From Candidatus Nomurabacteria bacterium (GTDB lineage: Bacteria > Patescibacteriota > Patescibacteriia > HK-STAS-PATE-3): a stretch of 64,000 nt of DNA. Within the stretch, counting starts at the first letter, position 1. The number at the start of each line of letters is the position of its first letter. The translations under genes and the position numbers were made by a program. The stretch lies in assembly GCA_023898465.1 (NCBI GenBank), contig CP060223.1, forward strand, positions 864,001 through 928,000. Direction: 5' to 3'. A model generated the notes under the pieces. That model ran no database searches. It was given only the letters and a program-made list of their open reading frames with translations, and was not told the origin of the DNA. This document shows, one piece after another, positions 57,396 through 64,000 of the stretch.

Positions 57396-58682
57396 ATGAA
57401 AATATCTGTAATTGGCGCCACCGGCTACGTCGGTCTCGTCTCAGCAACCTGCCTTGCCGAAATTGGCCATACGGTAACTTGTTTTGGTAGAAACGCAGAA
57501 GCGATAAATAAATTACAGCGTGGCAATATTCCTATTTATGAACCCGGCTTGAACGAACTAGTCAAAAAGAATATAAAGGCAAAGCGTCTTCGCTTCACCA
57601 CGAATTTTGATCTAGCAGTAAAAGAAAGTCTCGCAATCTTTATTGCCGTAGGAACACCTCCGCTACCAAACGGTAAAGCAGACCTACGCGCCGTATTTGA
57701 AGTTGCACAACGTATCGGGCAAAGCATGACCGACTATAAGGTTATTGTTGATAAAAGCACTGTGCCAGTTGGAACGGGCCAAGAGGTGAAGCACATTATT
57801 GCAAAGGAATACTCAGGAAGATTTGATGTTGCTTCATGTCCAGAATTTTTGCGCGAGGGTTCAGCTATTGAAGACTTCATGCATCCAGATCGAGTGGTTA
57901 TTGGTACTGATTCTGAAAAAGCAAAAAGGGTTATGCTTGATATTTTCAAACCCCAGAAGACTACTAAGCTCACTACAAATATTGAAAGTGCCGAACTTAT
58001 TAAGTATGCTTCCAATGCTTTCTTGGCCACCAAAATTTCATTTATCAATGAGATATCCAACCTTTGCGATTTAGTCCGGGCTGATGTTGAGGAAGTCGCT
58101 CGAGGTATGGGCCTAGATAAGCGTATTGGACAAAGTTTCTTAAAGGCTGGAGTGGGATACGGCGGCAGCTGTTTCCCTAAGGATGTGAGTGCCTTAAAAG
58201 AACTTGCGGGATCTAGTGGCTATGACTTTCAGTTACTTAAGGCTGTCATTGAGGTAAACAATACACAACGATCAGTCGTCATTGCAAAAGCAAAACAACT
58301 ACTTGGTTCCTTGCGGAACAAACACATCGGCGTACTTGGACTGGCTTTTAAGCAAAATACTGATGATGTACGGGAGTCTGCTGCCATAGACATTATTAAA
58401 CTGCTGCAAAAGGCTGGTGCAAAAATTACTGCTTTTGACCCAGTGGCTACAGAAAAAGCAAAAAGTAAGCTTACTCGCGTAAAGTATGCCAAGTCAGCCA
58501 AGGAAGCATGTAAGCAGACTGATCTCCTTGTCATTGTGACTGAGTGGCCTGAATTCGCTCAGCTTGATTGGAAAAAAATCCGTCCAACTATGAGACAAGC
58601 AAAAATTGTTGATGGACGTAACCTGCTTGATCCAATAAAGATGCGAGAGTTGGGGTATCAATATCTCAGCGTAGGTCGATAG
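57396..58682 (+). CDS. ugd: Nucleotide-sugar dehydrogenase (UDP-glucose 6-dehydrogenase family)
   Basis: N-terminal Rossmann fold MKISVIGATGYVGLVSA. Catalytic GGSCFPKD. Confidence 0.85.
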   Translation: MKISVIGATGYVGLVSATCLAEIGHTVTCFGRNAEAINKLQRGNIPIYEPGLNELVKKNIKAKRLRFTTNFDLAVKESLAIFIAVGTPPLPNGKADLRAVFEVAQRIGQSMTDYKVIVDKSTVPVGTGQEVKHIIAKEYSGRFDVASCPEFLREGSAIEDFMHPDRVVIGTDSEKAKRVMLDIFKPQKTTKLTTNIESAELIKYASNAFLATKISFINEISNLCDLVRADVEEVARGMGLDKRIGQSFLKAGVGYGGSCFPKDVSALKELAGSSGYDFQLLKAVIEVNNTQRSVVIAKAKQLLGSLRNKHIGVLGLAFKQNTDDVRESAAIDIIKLLQKAGAKITAFDPVATEKAKSKLTRVKYAKSAKEACKQTDLLVIVTEWPEFAQLDWKKIRPTMRQAKIVDGRNLLDPIKMRELGYQYLSVGR

Positions 58683-58744
58683 TAAAAACCCTGCCACTTC
58701 ACTCAAAGAGATAAAGAGACAGGGTTTCAACAGATCACAACTGC

Positions 58745-58960
58745 CTACGCAGTTGATTTGTCGTCGGCGACTTCGTCGCCACTGCTCACGATCTTAGGCT
58801 CATCCATCTTCTGCACCAGCTTTGGCCTGGGCTTTGGCACATACGCCGGAAACTCCCTCTTGCCACGACGATTGGCTATCAGCATAGCGCCGAGCACAAT
58901 CGCTCCTGCCCCCAGGATCGCCAAGAAGAAAAGTACCGGGTTCTGAAGTAGAGACGACAT
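58745..58960 (-). CDS. Small single-TM protein (71 aa)
   Basis: Hydrophobic N-terminus. No family recognised. Confidence 0.3.
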   Translation of the reverse strand: MSSLLQNPVLFFLAILGAGAIVLGAMLIANRRGKREFPAYVPKPRPKLVQKMDEPKIVSSGDEVADDKSTA

Positions 58961-59073
58961 GATTCCTCCTCACCTCGATTGTTAACCCCCGCATTTACTC
59001 TAGCCTAAAACGACTTTGCTCCTACGTCAAATACCCGCTGCCGACGGGCTATGAAAAATGCAGCAAAGCAATT

Positions 59074-59241
59074 TTAGCGTTTATCTTTTAAGCGCCCTCG
59101 TTTCTTCAACGCTTCACGGAGCACCCACTCGATTTGACCATTCAGGCTGCGCAATTCATCACTAGCCCACCTTTCGAGTGCCTCTAGGGTTGTGCTATCA
59201 ACACGGAGCAAAAATGGCTTTGTCCTCCTTTGTACCGCCAT
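59074..59241 (-). CDS. Arc/MetJ-type ribbon-helix-helix DNA-binding protein (55 aa), not in ORF track
   Basis: Manual translation gives MAVQRRTKPFLLRVDSTTLEALERWASDELRSLNGQIEWVLREALKKRGRLKDKR. AAGGAGG lies 8 nt upstream. The ATG sits 2 nt after the SPFH stop codon. Confidence 0.5.
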   Translation of the reverse strand: MAVQRRTKPFLLRVDSTTLEALERWASDELRSLNGQIEWVLREALKKRGRLKDKR

Positions 59242-59243
59242 GC

Positions 59244-60113
59244 TTATTGGTACAAGCTTCCGGTATTCACCACCGGTTGCGCATGACGATCACTGCAAAG
59301 CACAACCAAGAGATTGCTCACCATGGCAGCCTTTCGCTCCTCATCTAATTTTACAACGTCTTTTTTTGAAAGCTCTTCAAGCGCCATCTCTACCATGCCC
59401 ACCGCACCTTCAACTATTCTCGTTCGGGCGGCTACCACCGCACTTGCCTGCTGGCGCTGGAGCATTGCACTGGCAATCTCTGGTGCATAAGCTAAGTGAC
59501 TAATTCGCGCTTCAATAACCTCAACACCTGCTTTTGCCAAACGGTCCTGCACTTCAGCTTTTAGTTTTTCAGCTACGTCATTTGTGTTCCCACGCAATGA
59601 GACCACACCTTCTTGATGAGCGTCATAGGGATATGAGGTAGCCATGTTACGGAGAGCAGCTTCGCTCTGTACATGGACAAAATTTTCATAGTCATCAACA
59701 TTGAACATTGCCTCAGCAGTATCGACAACCTTCCAAACTATGACTGCAGCAATCTCGATGGGGTTACCATCAGAATCATTTACTTTTAACTTTCCGCTTT
59801 CAAAGTTTCGTATGCGAAGAGAAATTCTTCGTCGACTTGTAAAAGGATTCATCCAACGAAAGCCTGACTGTTTTTCTGAACCTATATACTTACCAAACAA
59901 CTGCGCAACTGCAGCCTCATTTGGATTTACAATAAAAAAACCACTTGTACAAAAAAGAACAGCTATCCCTAGGAGTATGGAAACAATTACTAGCCAGATG
60001 GTATTCGCAGTTGCGGCATAAATAAAACCAAACGCCGCCAGACACAAGAGCACAAATAAGGAAGGAGCAGCAACAAAGCCATTAGTCGAACGAACAGCTT
60101 TTTCTTTAATCAT
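59244..60113 (-). CDS. SPFH/band-7 (stomatin/HflC-like) domain membrane protein
   Basis: N-terminal [18 protein letters not shown]...[11 protein letters not shown] core. Confidence 0.8.
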   Translation of the reverse strand: MIKEKAVRSTNGFVAAPSLFVLLCLAAFGFIYAATANTIWLVIVSILLGIAVLFCTSGFFIVNPNEAAVAQLFGKYIGSEKQSGFRWMNPFTSRRRISLRIRNFESGKLKVNDSDGNPIEIAAVIVWKVVDTAEAMFNVDDYENFVHVQSEAALRNMATSYPYDAHQEGVVSLRGNTNDVAEKLKAEVQDRLAKAGVEVIEARISHLAYAPEIASAMLQRQQASAVVAARTRIVEGAVGMVEMALEELSKKDVVKLDEERKAAMVSNLLVVLCSDRHAQPVVNTGSLYQ

Positions 60114-60174
60114 AGTAAAAAGGTAAATGATATCAAACTGATATCAGTGAACCTCTTATCTGTACATTTGTCAA

Positions 60175-60205
60175 GTTAAAAAAAACTACTACGCAGATGT
60201 AGTAT
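60175..60205 (-). terminator. Rho-independent terminator downstream of tRNA-Ala(TGC)
   Basis: Minus strand: tactac-atctgc-gtagta followed by gTTTTTTT. Confidence 0.5.
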
Positions 60206-60262
60206 GTTTTCTCTGGTGGACCCTACCCCGCTGGGCGGGGTCAGCTCTGTATGTTGAGATCT

Positions 60263-60338
60263 TGGTGGACCCTACCGGGCTCGAACCGGTCACCTCCGCG
60301 TTGCAAACGCGGCGCTCTACCAAATGAGCTAAGGGCCC
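60263..60338 (-). tRNA. tRNA-Ala (anticodon TGC), CCA encoded, G3:U70 present
   Basis: Loop uuUGCaa. Acceptor gggccct/agggtcc with a G3·U70 wobble. Confidence 0.8.
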
Positions 60339-60626
60339 TTAATTCAGACTATTCGAAACAGGTGAAAAAATATCCCGTAGAAGAGATGGAACAAATCCAG
60401 TCAGTGTAAGAAAAACAATGAAAATCATGAGGATACCGAGAAGCTTTAAAAAAATTCTCGTACCACCCTCGGTACCGAGATGCTGCTCAGCCCATTCGAT
60501 CCGACCAAACCAGTTCATGAAAAAATCAGTCTTGATCACAAGTAGCGCACCTATCAGTATAACGATTCCACCAATTAAATATCGCATAACTCTTCTCGTA
60601 TTATTAACGCCCCCCCCTAGCACCAT
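60339..60626 (-). CDS. Small membrane protein (95 aa)
   Basis: Two TM helices. Confidence 0.35.
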   Translation of the reverse strand: MVLGGGVNNTRRVMRYLIGGIVILIGALLVIKTDFFMNWFGRIEWAEQHLGTEGGTRIFLKLLGILMIFIVFLTLTGFVPSLLRDIFSPVSNSLN

Positions 60627-60730
60627 CGAGTACTTGAGCTTGAAAAGCTAAGTACGAGATGAAAAGCGGCACGTTTGCAAAGGGCGCAGTCCGGCTTGGC
60701 CGGGCAAAGCCTGGAGCAAACGATGACGTG

Positions 60731-60807
60731 TGGTGGGCGATCCAGGAATCGAACCTGGGACCTCGTCATTATCAGTGACGCGCTCTAACCAACTGAGCTA
60801 ATCGCCC
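60731..60807 (-). tRNA. tRNA-Ile (anticodon GAT), CCA encoded
   Basis: Loop cuGAUaa. Acceptor gggcgat/atcgccc. Confidence 0.8.
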
Positions 60808-60854
60808 ATGTTTGTTCCCCGTGGAACATGATGTAAAACTACATAACAACGCGG

Positions 60855-60940
60855 TGGTGCCGCCGGTCGGACTTGAACCGACATGAGGTTACCCTCAAGG
60901 GATTTTAAGTCCCTCGTGTCTACCATTCCACCACGGCGGC
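60855..60940 (-). tRNA. tRNA-Leu (anticodon TAA), CCA encoded
   Basis: Loop cuUAAaa. Long variable arm. Confidence 0.75.
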
Positions 60941-61043
60941 AAGCATTCAAAGCGAATACATGCCATATTTCAACACAAGAATGTCATTCATGCAAGACCA
61001 GCAGGAACCACATGCTAACACGAGTATTTCGGAAAAACAAGAC

Positions 61044-61721
61044 TTACTCGGGTTTATTAAACTCAATCTGCGAAGTAGACTCTTTGCTTCTGCGACTTTT
61101 AATAAACTCCCAGAGGGCGGGCAATAATGAAATAGCAATGATAGCAACTACGACAAAACTAAAATTCTCCTGGATAAAAGGAAGCCTGCCAAAAAAATAT
61201 CCTCCGAACAAGAAAATGCTGACCCAGAGGAATGCTCCAAGCACATTATAAGTGAAAAAGTGACGATATCGCATTAAGCCAACACCTGCAACAAAGGGAG
61301 CTATGGTACGAACAATTGGAACAAATCTCGCAATGACAATTGTCTTTGCTCCATACCTTTCATAAAAACGATGGGTACGGTCAAGATGCTCCTTCCTTAG
61401 CCAACGAGAATTTCTCAACTCATATACTCTTCGACCAAGGTGCTTCCCTATCCAATAGTTTAATCCATCGCCTAACACAGCCGCAGTAAACAGCAAGGCA
61501 AAGAGAAGTATAATATTTAGTGACCCTGCATCAGACAGCGCTCCAGCGGCAAAAAGAAGCGAATCCCCTGGCAAGAAGGGCATAATCACAATGCCCGTCT
61601 CAAGGAAGACAATACCAAAAAGAAGCGCATAGACCCAGGTGCCGTATGTGCTTATAGCTATTCCAAGGCTTTCATCTAAGTGGAGAAAGTATTGAGAAAT
61701 AGTGTGTAATAGCTCGTTCAA
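61044..61721 (-). CDS. DedA/SNARE-associated family membrane protein
   Basis: VYALLFGIVFLETGIVIMPFLPGDSLLFAAGAL core motif. Confidence 0.8.
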   Translation of the reverse strand: MNELLHTISQYFLHLDESLGIAISTYGTWVYALLFGIVFLETGIVIMPFLPGDSLLFAAGALSDAGSLNIILLFALLFTAAVLGDGLNYWIGKHLGRRVYELRNSRWLRKEHLDRTHRFYERYGAKTIVIARFVPIVRTIAPFVAGVGLMRYRHFFTYNVLGAFLWVSIFLFGGYFFGRLPFIQENFSFVVVAIIAISLLPALWEFIKSRRSKESTSQIEFNKPE

Positions 61722-61820
61722 CTTGAATTAGATAATTGTTTCAGTATTTAGTCAAAATGTTATTTTATTTTTTTTGGCTAACTTTAGTGAGGCGATGTTC
61801 CTCGAGGAACTTTTTAATTG

Positions 61821-61895
61821 TGGTGGACCAGAGGGGAGTTGAACCCCTGACCCCTGCAATGCGAATGCAGTGCTCTACCACTGAGCTACTGGCCC
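61821..61895 (-). tRNA. tRNA-Ala (anticodon CGC), CCA encoded, G3:U70
   Basis: Loop uuCGCau. Confidence 0.8.
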
Positions 61896-61945
61896 TAGTG
61901 TGTTCCTCGTGGAACAAACGGATGGGAGGCCTAAATTATCTAACG

Positions 61946-62021
61946 TGGTGGACCCTACCGGGCTCGAACCGGTCACCTCTTCCATGCCATGGAAGCGCTC
62001 TACCAAATGAGCTAAGGGCCC
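61946..62021 (-). tRNA. tRNA-Ala (anticodon GGC), CCA encoded
   Basis: Identical to Ala(TGC) outside the anticodon arm. Loop auGGCau. Confidence 0.75.
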
Positions 62022-62073
62022 ATGTGAACTACGGATATTTTAAGCTTCTTTTCTCCGTACCTGCCTCAGCCTT

Positions 62074-62145
62074 TGCCCCCACCATGAATCGAACATGGAT
62101 CCAGGGCTTAGGAGTCCCTTGTTCTATCCTTTGAACTATGGGGGC
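62074..62145 (-). tRNA. tRNA-Arg (anticodon CCT); CCA not encoded
   Basis: Acceptor gccccca/tgggggc. Loop cuCCUaa. There is an A31·G39 mismatch at the base of the anticodon stem. Confidence 0.65.
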
Positions 62146-62325
62146 AGGGGCGGCGGCAGGCAATTTTCTTTTACCCGAGATTTTGTAACTTTTGTAAAAA
62201 GTTATTTTTTTGCTAGCCTTTGCAAAAAATAAGCGTCGTAGAATATTATGTTAAAAATGCATCTAAGTTACGAGCCATTATTACACCAAGTGGCCATTTT
62301 CGCAATGCCTAAAGAGCCAGATCGA

Positions 62326-62354
62326 TTGACACAGTAGCATCAACAACTTATTGT
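62326..62354 (+). promoter_or_regulatory. Sigma70-type promoter (TTGACA-17-TATTGT) upstream of bactofilin gene
   Basis: Consensus -35, 17-nt spacer, 4/6 match at -10. About 25 nt to the ATG. Confidence 0.45.
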
Positions 62355-62379
62355 TACCACGTTTACCACTCATATACAT

Positions 62380-62784
62380 ATGGCACTACTTAATAGAGAA
62401 GAAAAACAATCACAACACATCGATACCGTTATTGGCCGAAACGTTCAGGTTGAGGGCAATTTTAATGGTGAAGGCAATGTAACCGTAGAGGGTACGGTTT
62501 CAGGTACCTTAAAGACAGCTAAAGATCTCATCGTTGGATCAGCCGCAAAGATTAAAGCTGATGTTGAAGCTGAAAACATAAGCGTTGCGGGTGAAATTCA
62601 AGGAAACGTTATCGCACGCGGTAAACTTGAGCTAAGTTCAAGCGCAAAAATAATTGGCAATGTAAAAACCTCAACTTTGTCGGTAGAGTCAGGCGCAGTT
62701 TTGCACGGCAAATGCACTATGAACGAAACGAAAGACAAGCTTGCAACTGATGAAGCGATTGAAATGCCCGCTAAGCTAAAATAA
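62380..62784 (+). CDS. Bactofilin (polymer-forming cytoskeletal protein)
   Basis: Beta-helical repeat pattern NVxVEGxxxGxV.... Confidence 0.75.
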   Translation: MALLNREEKQSQHIDTVIGRNVQVEGNFNGEGNVTVEGTVSGTLKTAKDLIVGSAAKIKADVEAENISVAGEIQGNVIARGKLELSSSAKIIGNVKTSTLSVESGAVLHGKCTMNETKDKLATDEAIEMPAKLK

Positions 62785-62796
62785 GCAGGGCATTGT

Positions 62797-63567
62797 ATGT
62801 ATTGTTACCTGTTTGACACCTTTCTCCGTGAAAGGCAGTACGAAAAAAGCGTACATCGCGTTGAAGCGCGAATCGCTGAGCTTGGCTTACAAGGAAAAAC
62901 TGAGCGGCTCAGCATTCTAAAAAACGCAGGTGAAATAGTTCGCGATGCAGTTAAAAAAGGTGTACAAACTTTTGTTATTGTTGGCGACGATAGCACGATT
63001 CAGAAAGTATTAACCTATGTAGCCGAAGAAAAGGTTACCTTGGGAATTATTCCTCTCGGTACAAAATTAGAAATAGCTGACATGCTTGGTATTCCGCACG
63101 GAGAGGCTGCTTGCGATACACTTTCGAAACGAGTTATTCAATCACTCGATCTCGGCCGAATAAACTCTCAATACTTTTTACGCTCACTCGATATTCAGAG
63201 CAATGCGGTGCAACTTGAAAGTGATCAAGGGTACACAATCTCTCTTCAAGACCCGGAAGCTAAAATTCAAATTGCTAACTTTCTTCCTATGCAAGATGAA
63301 AGGGGAAAAGCAGGCGACCCATCAGATGGAACGCTTGAGGCAATTGTTTCAGCCTCGCCGAAAAAAGGTTTCTTTACCTCGCTTCGTGGACAGTCTGATC
63401 ACCCTAGCATTTTCCCATTCCGCAAAGTAAAAGTGACGTGTCGCGATGCCAGCGTCCCTCTGGTAGTGGACGGGGAAGGGATAGTAAAAACTCCAGCCCA
63501 AATAGAAGTAGTACCACATTGTTTGCGGGTGATCGTCGGAAGAGCGCGGCATTTTGCTCAGGCATAA
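62797..63567 (+). CDS. Diacylglycerol-kinase catalytic-domain (YegS/BmrU-like) lipid kinase
   Basis: TFVIVGDDSTIQKVL...LGIIPLGT (DAGK_cat GGDGT/ PxGTxN variants). Confidence 0.6.
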   Translation: MYCYLFDTFLRERQYEKSVHRVEARIAELGLQGKTERLSILKNAGEIVRDAVKKGVQTFVIVGDDSTIQKVLTYVAEEKVTLGIIPLGTKLEIADMLGIPHGEAACDTLSKRVIQSLDLGRINSQYFLRSLDIQSNAVQLESDQGYTISLQDPEAKIQIANFLPMQDERGKAGDPSDGTLEAIVSASPKKGFFTSLRGQSDHPSIFPFRKVKVTCRDASVPLVVDGEGIVKTPAQIEVVPHCLRVIVGRARHFAQA

Positions 63568-63656
63568 GCTCTAGGAAAAAAAACTTTCGCCTAGCCCGTG
63601 TGAACATGGCATTCACATTGTCTTTTCTTAAAATATCTTGTATAATATTCGCGTAA

Positions 63657-64000
63657 TGAAAGCAAACGGAACAAAAAAACTTGTACGAAAAGCAGTGATT
63701 CTGGTGGCCGGGTATGGTACCCGATTTTTGCCTGCCACCAAAGCACAGCCAAAAGAAATGCTTCCAGTTATTGACACGCCAGCTGTTCAGCTAAGTGTTG
63801 AGGAAGCCATTAATGCCGGTATTGAAGATATTGTGCTCATTACGGGATCCAGCAAAAGAGCAATTGAGGATCACTTTGATGCAAATACTGACCTGGAAAA
63901 TCGATTACGCCAGCAAAAGAAACATGCGCAACTAGAGAGCATTACACGGATTCAACGTCTGGCAAATTTTATTTACGTTCGACAACCTCAGCCGCTCGGA
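63657..64000 (+). CDS. galU: UTP--glucose-1-phosphate uridylyltransferase (GalU), partial at window end
   Basis: KAVILVAGYGTRFLPATKAQPKEMLPVID.... Confidence 0.85.

Noticed and set aside
61736-62134. 132-aa plus-strand ORF
   Set aside because: It overlaps three well-formed tRNA genes (Ala-CGC, Ala-GGC, Arg-CCT) on the opposite strand and is therefore not coding.
1-64000. Transposase/IS elements, integrases, rRNA genes, CRISPR-Cas
   Set aside because: None were found. The only mobility-associated genes are the two very short GIY-YIG ORFs.

Overview
This window looks like a streamlined bacterial genome, and I infer it is Candidate Phyla Radiation/Patescibacteria-like. The background is about 45% GC, coding is dense, there are many CCA-encoding tRNA genes, small GIY-YIG ORFs sit next to tRNAs, and giant Thr/Ser/Gly-rich surface proteins are present. 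The window splits into several parts.

1. 1-2745: a partial GC-rich CDS on the minus strand that runs off the window start, followed by a stand-alone PEP-utilizing (PPDK_N) domain protein.

2. 2783-22719: a large block of secreted or cell-surface proteins. On the plus strand is a secreted beta-propeller-domain protein. The rest of the block (4863-22697) is co-directional on the minus strand and tightly packed.
- two paralogous cohesin-like, C-terminally TM-anchored proteins, one with a CDCCCCQNGCSKKCC cytoplasmic tail
- a protein with a textbook type-I dockerin
- a signal-peptide plus C-terminal-TM protein
- three tandem paralogs of about 356 aa
- a 3,318-aa beta-helix-like giant protein whose last ~170 aa are homologous to the C-termini of the three small paralogs
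This cluster is the best candidate for a previously undescribed surface-appendage or adhesion system.

3. 22826-29963: a methionine-sulfoxide repair and redox island, comprising msrB, a stand-alone C39-like peptidase domain, an ABC exporter, msrA, a GC-rich mini-island, a membrane flavocytochrome of the ferric-reductase/NOX family, and DUF1801.

4. 30056-31063: tRNA-Ser, a GIY-YIG ORF and a SAM methyltransferase.

5. 31070-38910: an archaeal-type endonuclease Q, then a sugar-metabolism block (cupin, YvcK/CofD-like, TrmB regulator, phosphofructokinase, PfkB kinase, two sugar-nucleotidyltransferases, one fused to a CopG-like RHH domain). Per-gene GC is mosaic in this block.

6. 38997-56025: housekeeping genes, in order rnc, nusB, rpmF, gyrA, an MBL hydrolase, rpsA, ftsH, a LOG-family protein, a redoxin, a CCA-adding enzyme, an RluA-family pseudouridine synthase and rplS.

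7. 50993-62145: eleven tRNA genes. Two of them (Ser-CGA and Leu-GAG) are each preceded by a GIY-YIG ORF, two GC hairpins and a duplicated fragment of that tRNA's 5' end. Interspersed are an SPFH protein with an unannotated, translationally coupled Arc-type RHH ORF, and a DedA protein.

8. 62380-64000: bactofilin, a DAGK-like lipid kinase, and the start of galU.

I found no CRISPR arrays, rRNA genes or transposases.
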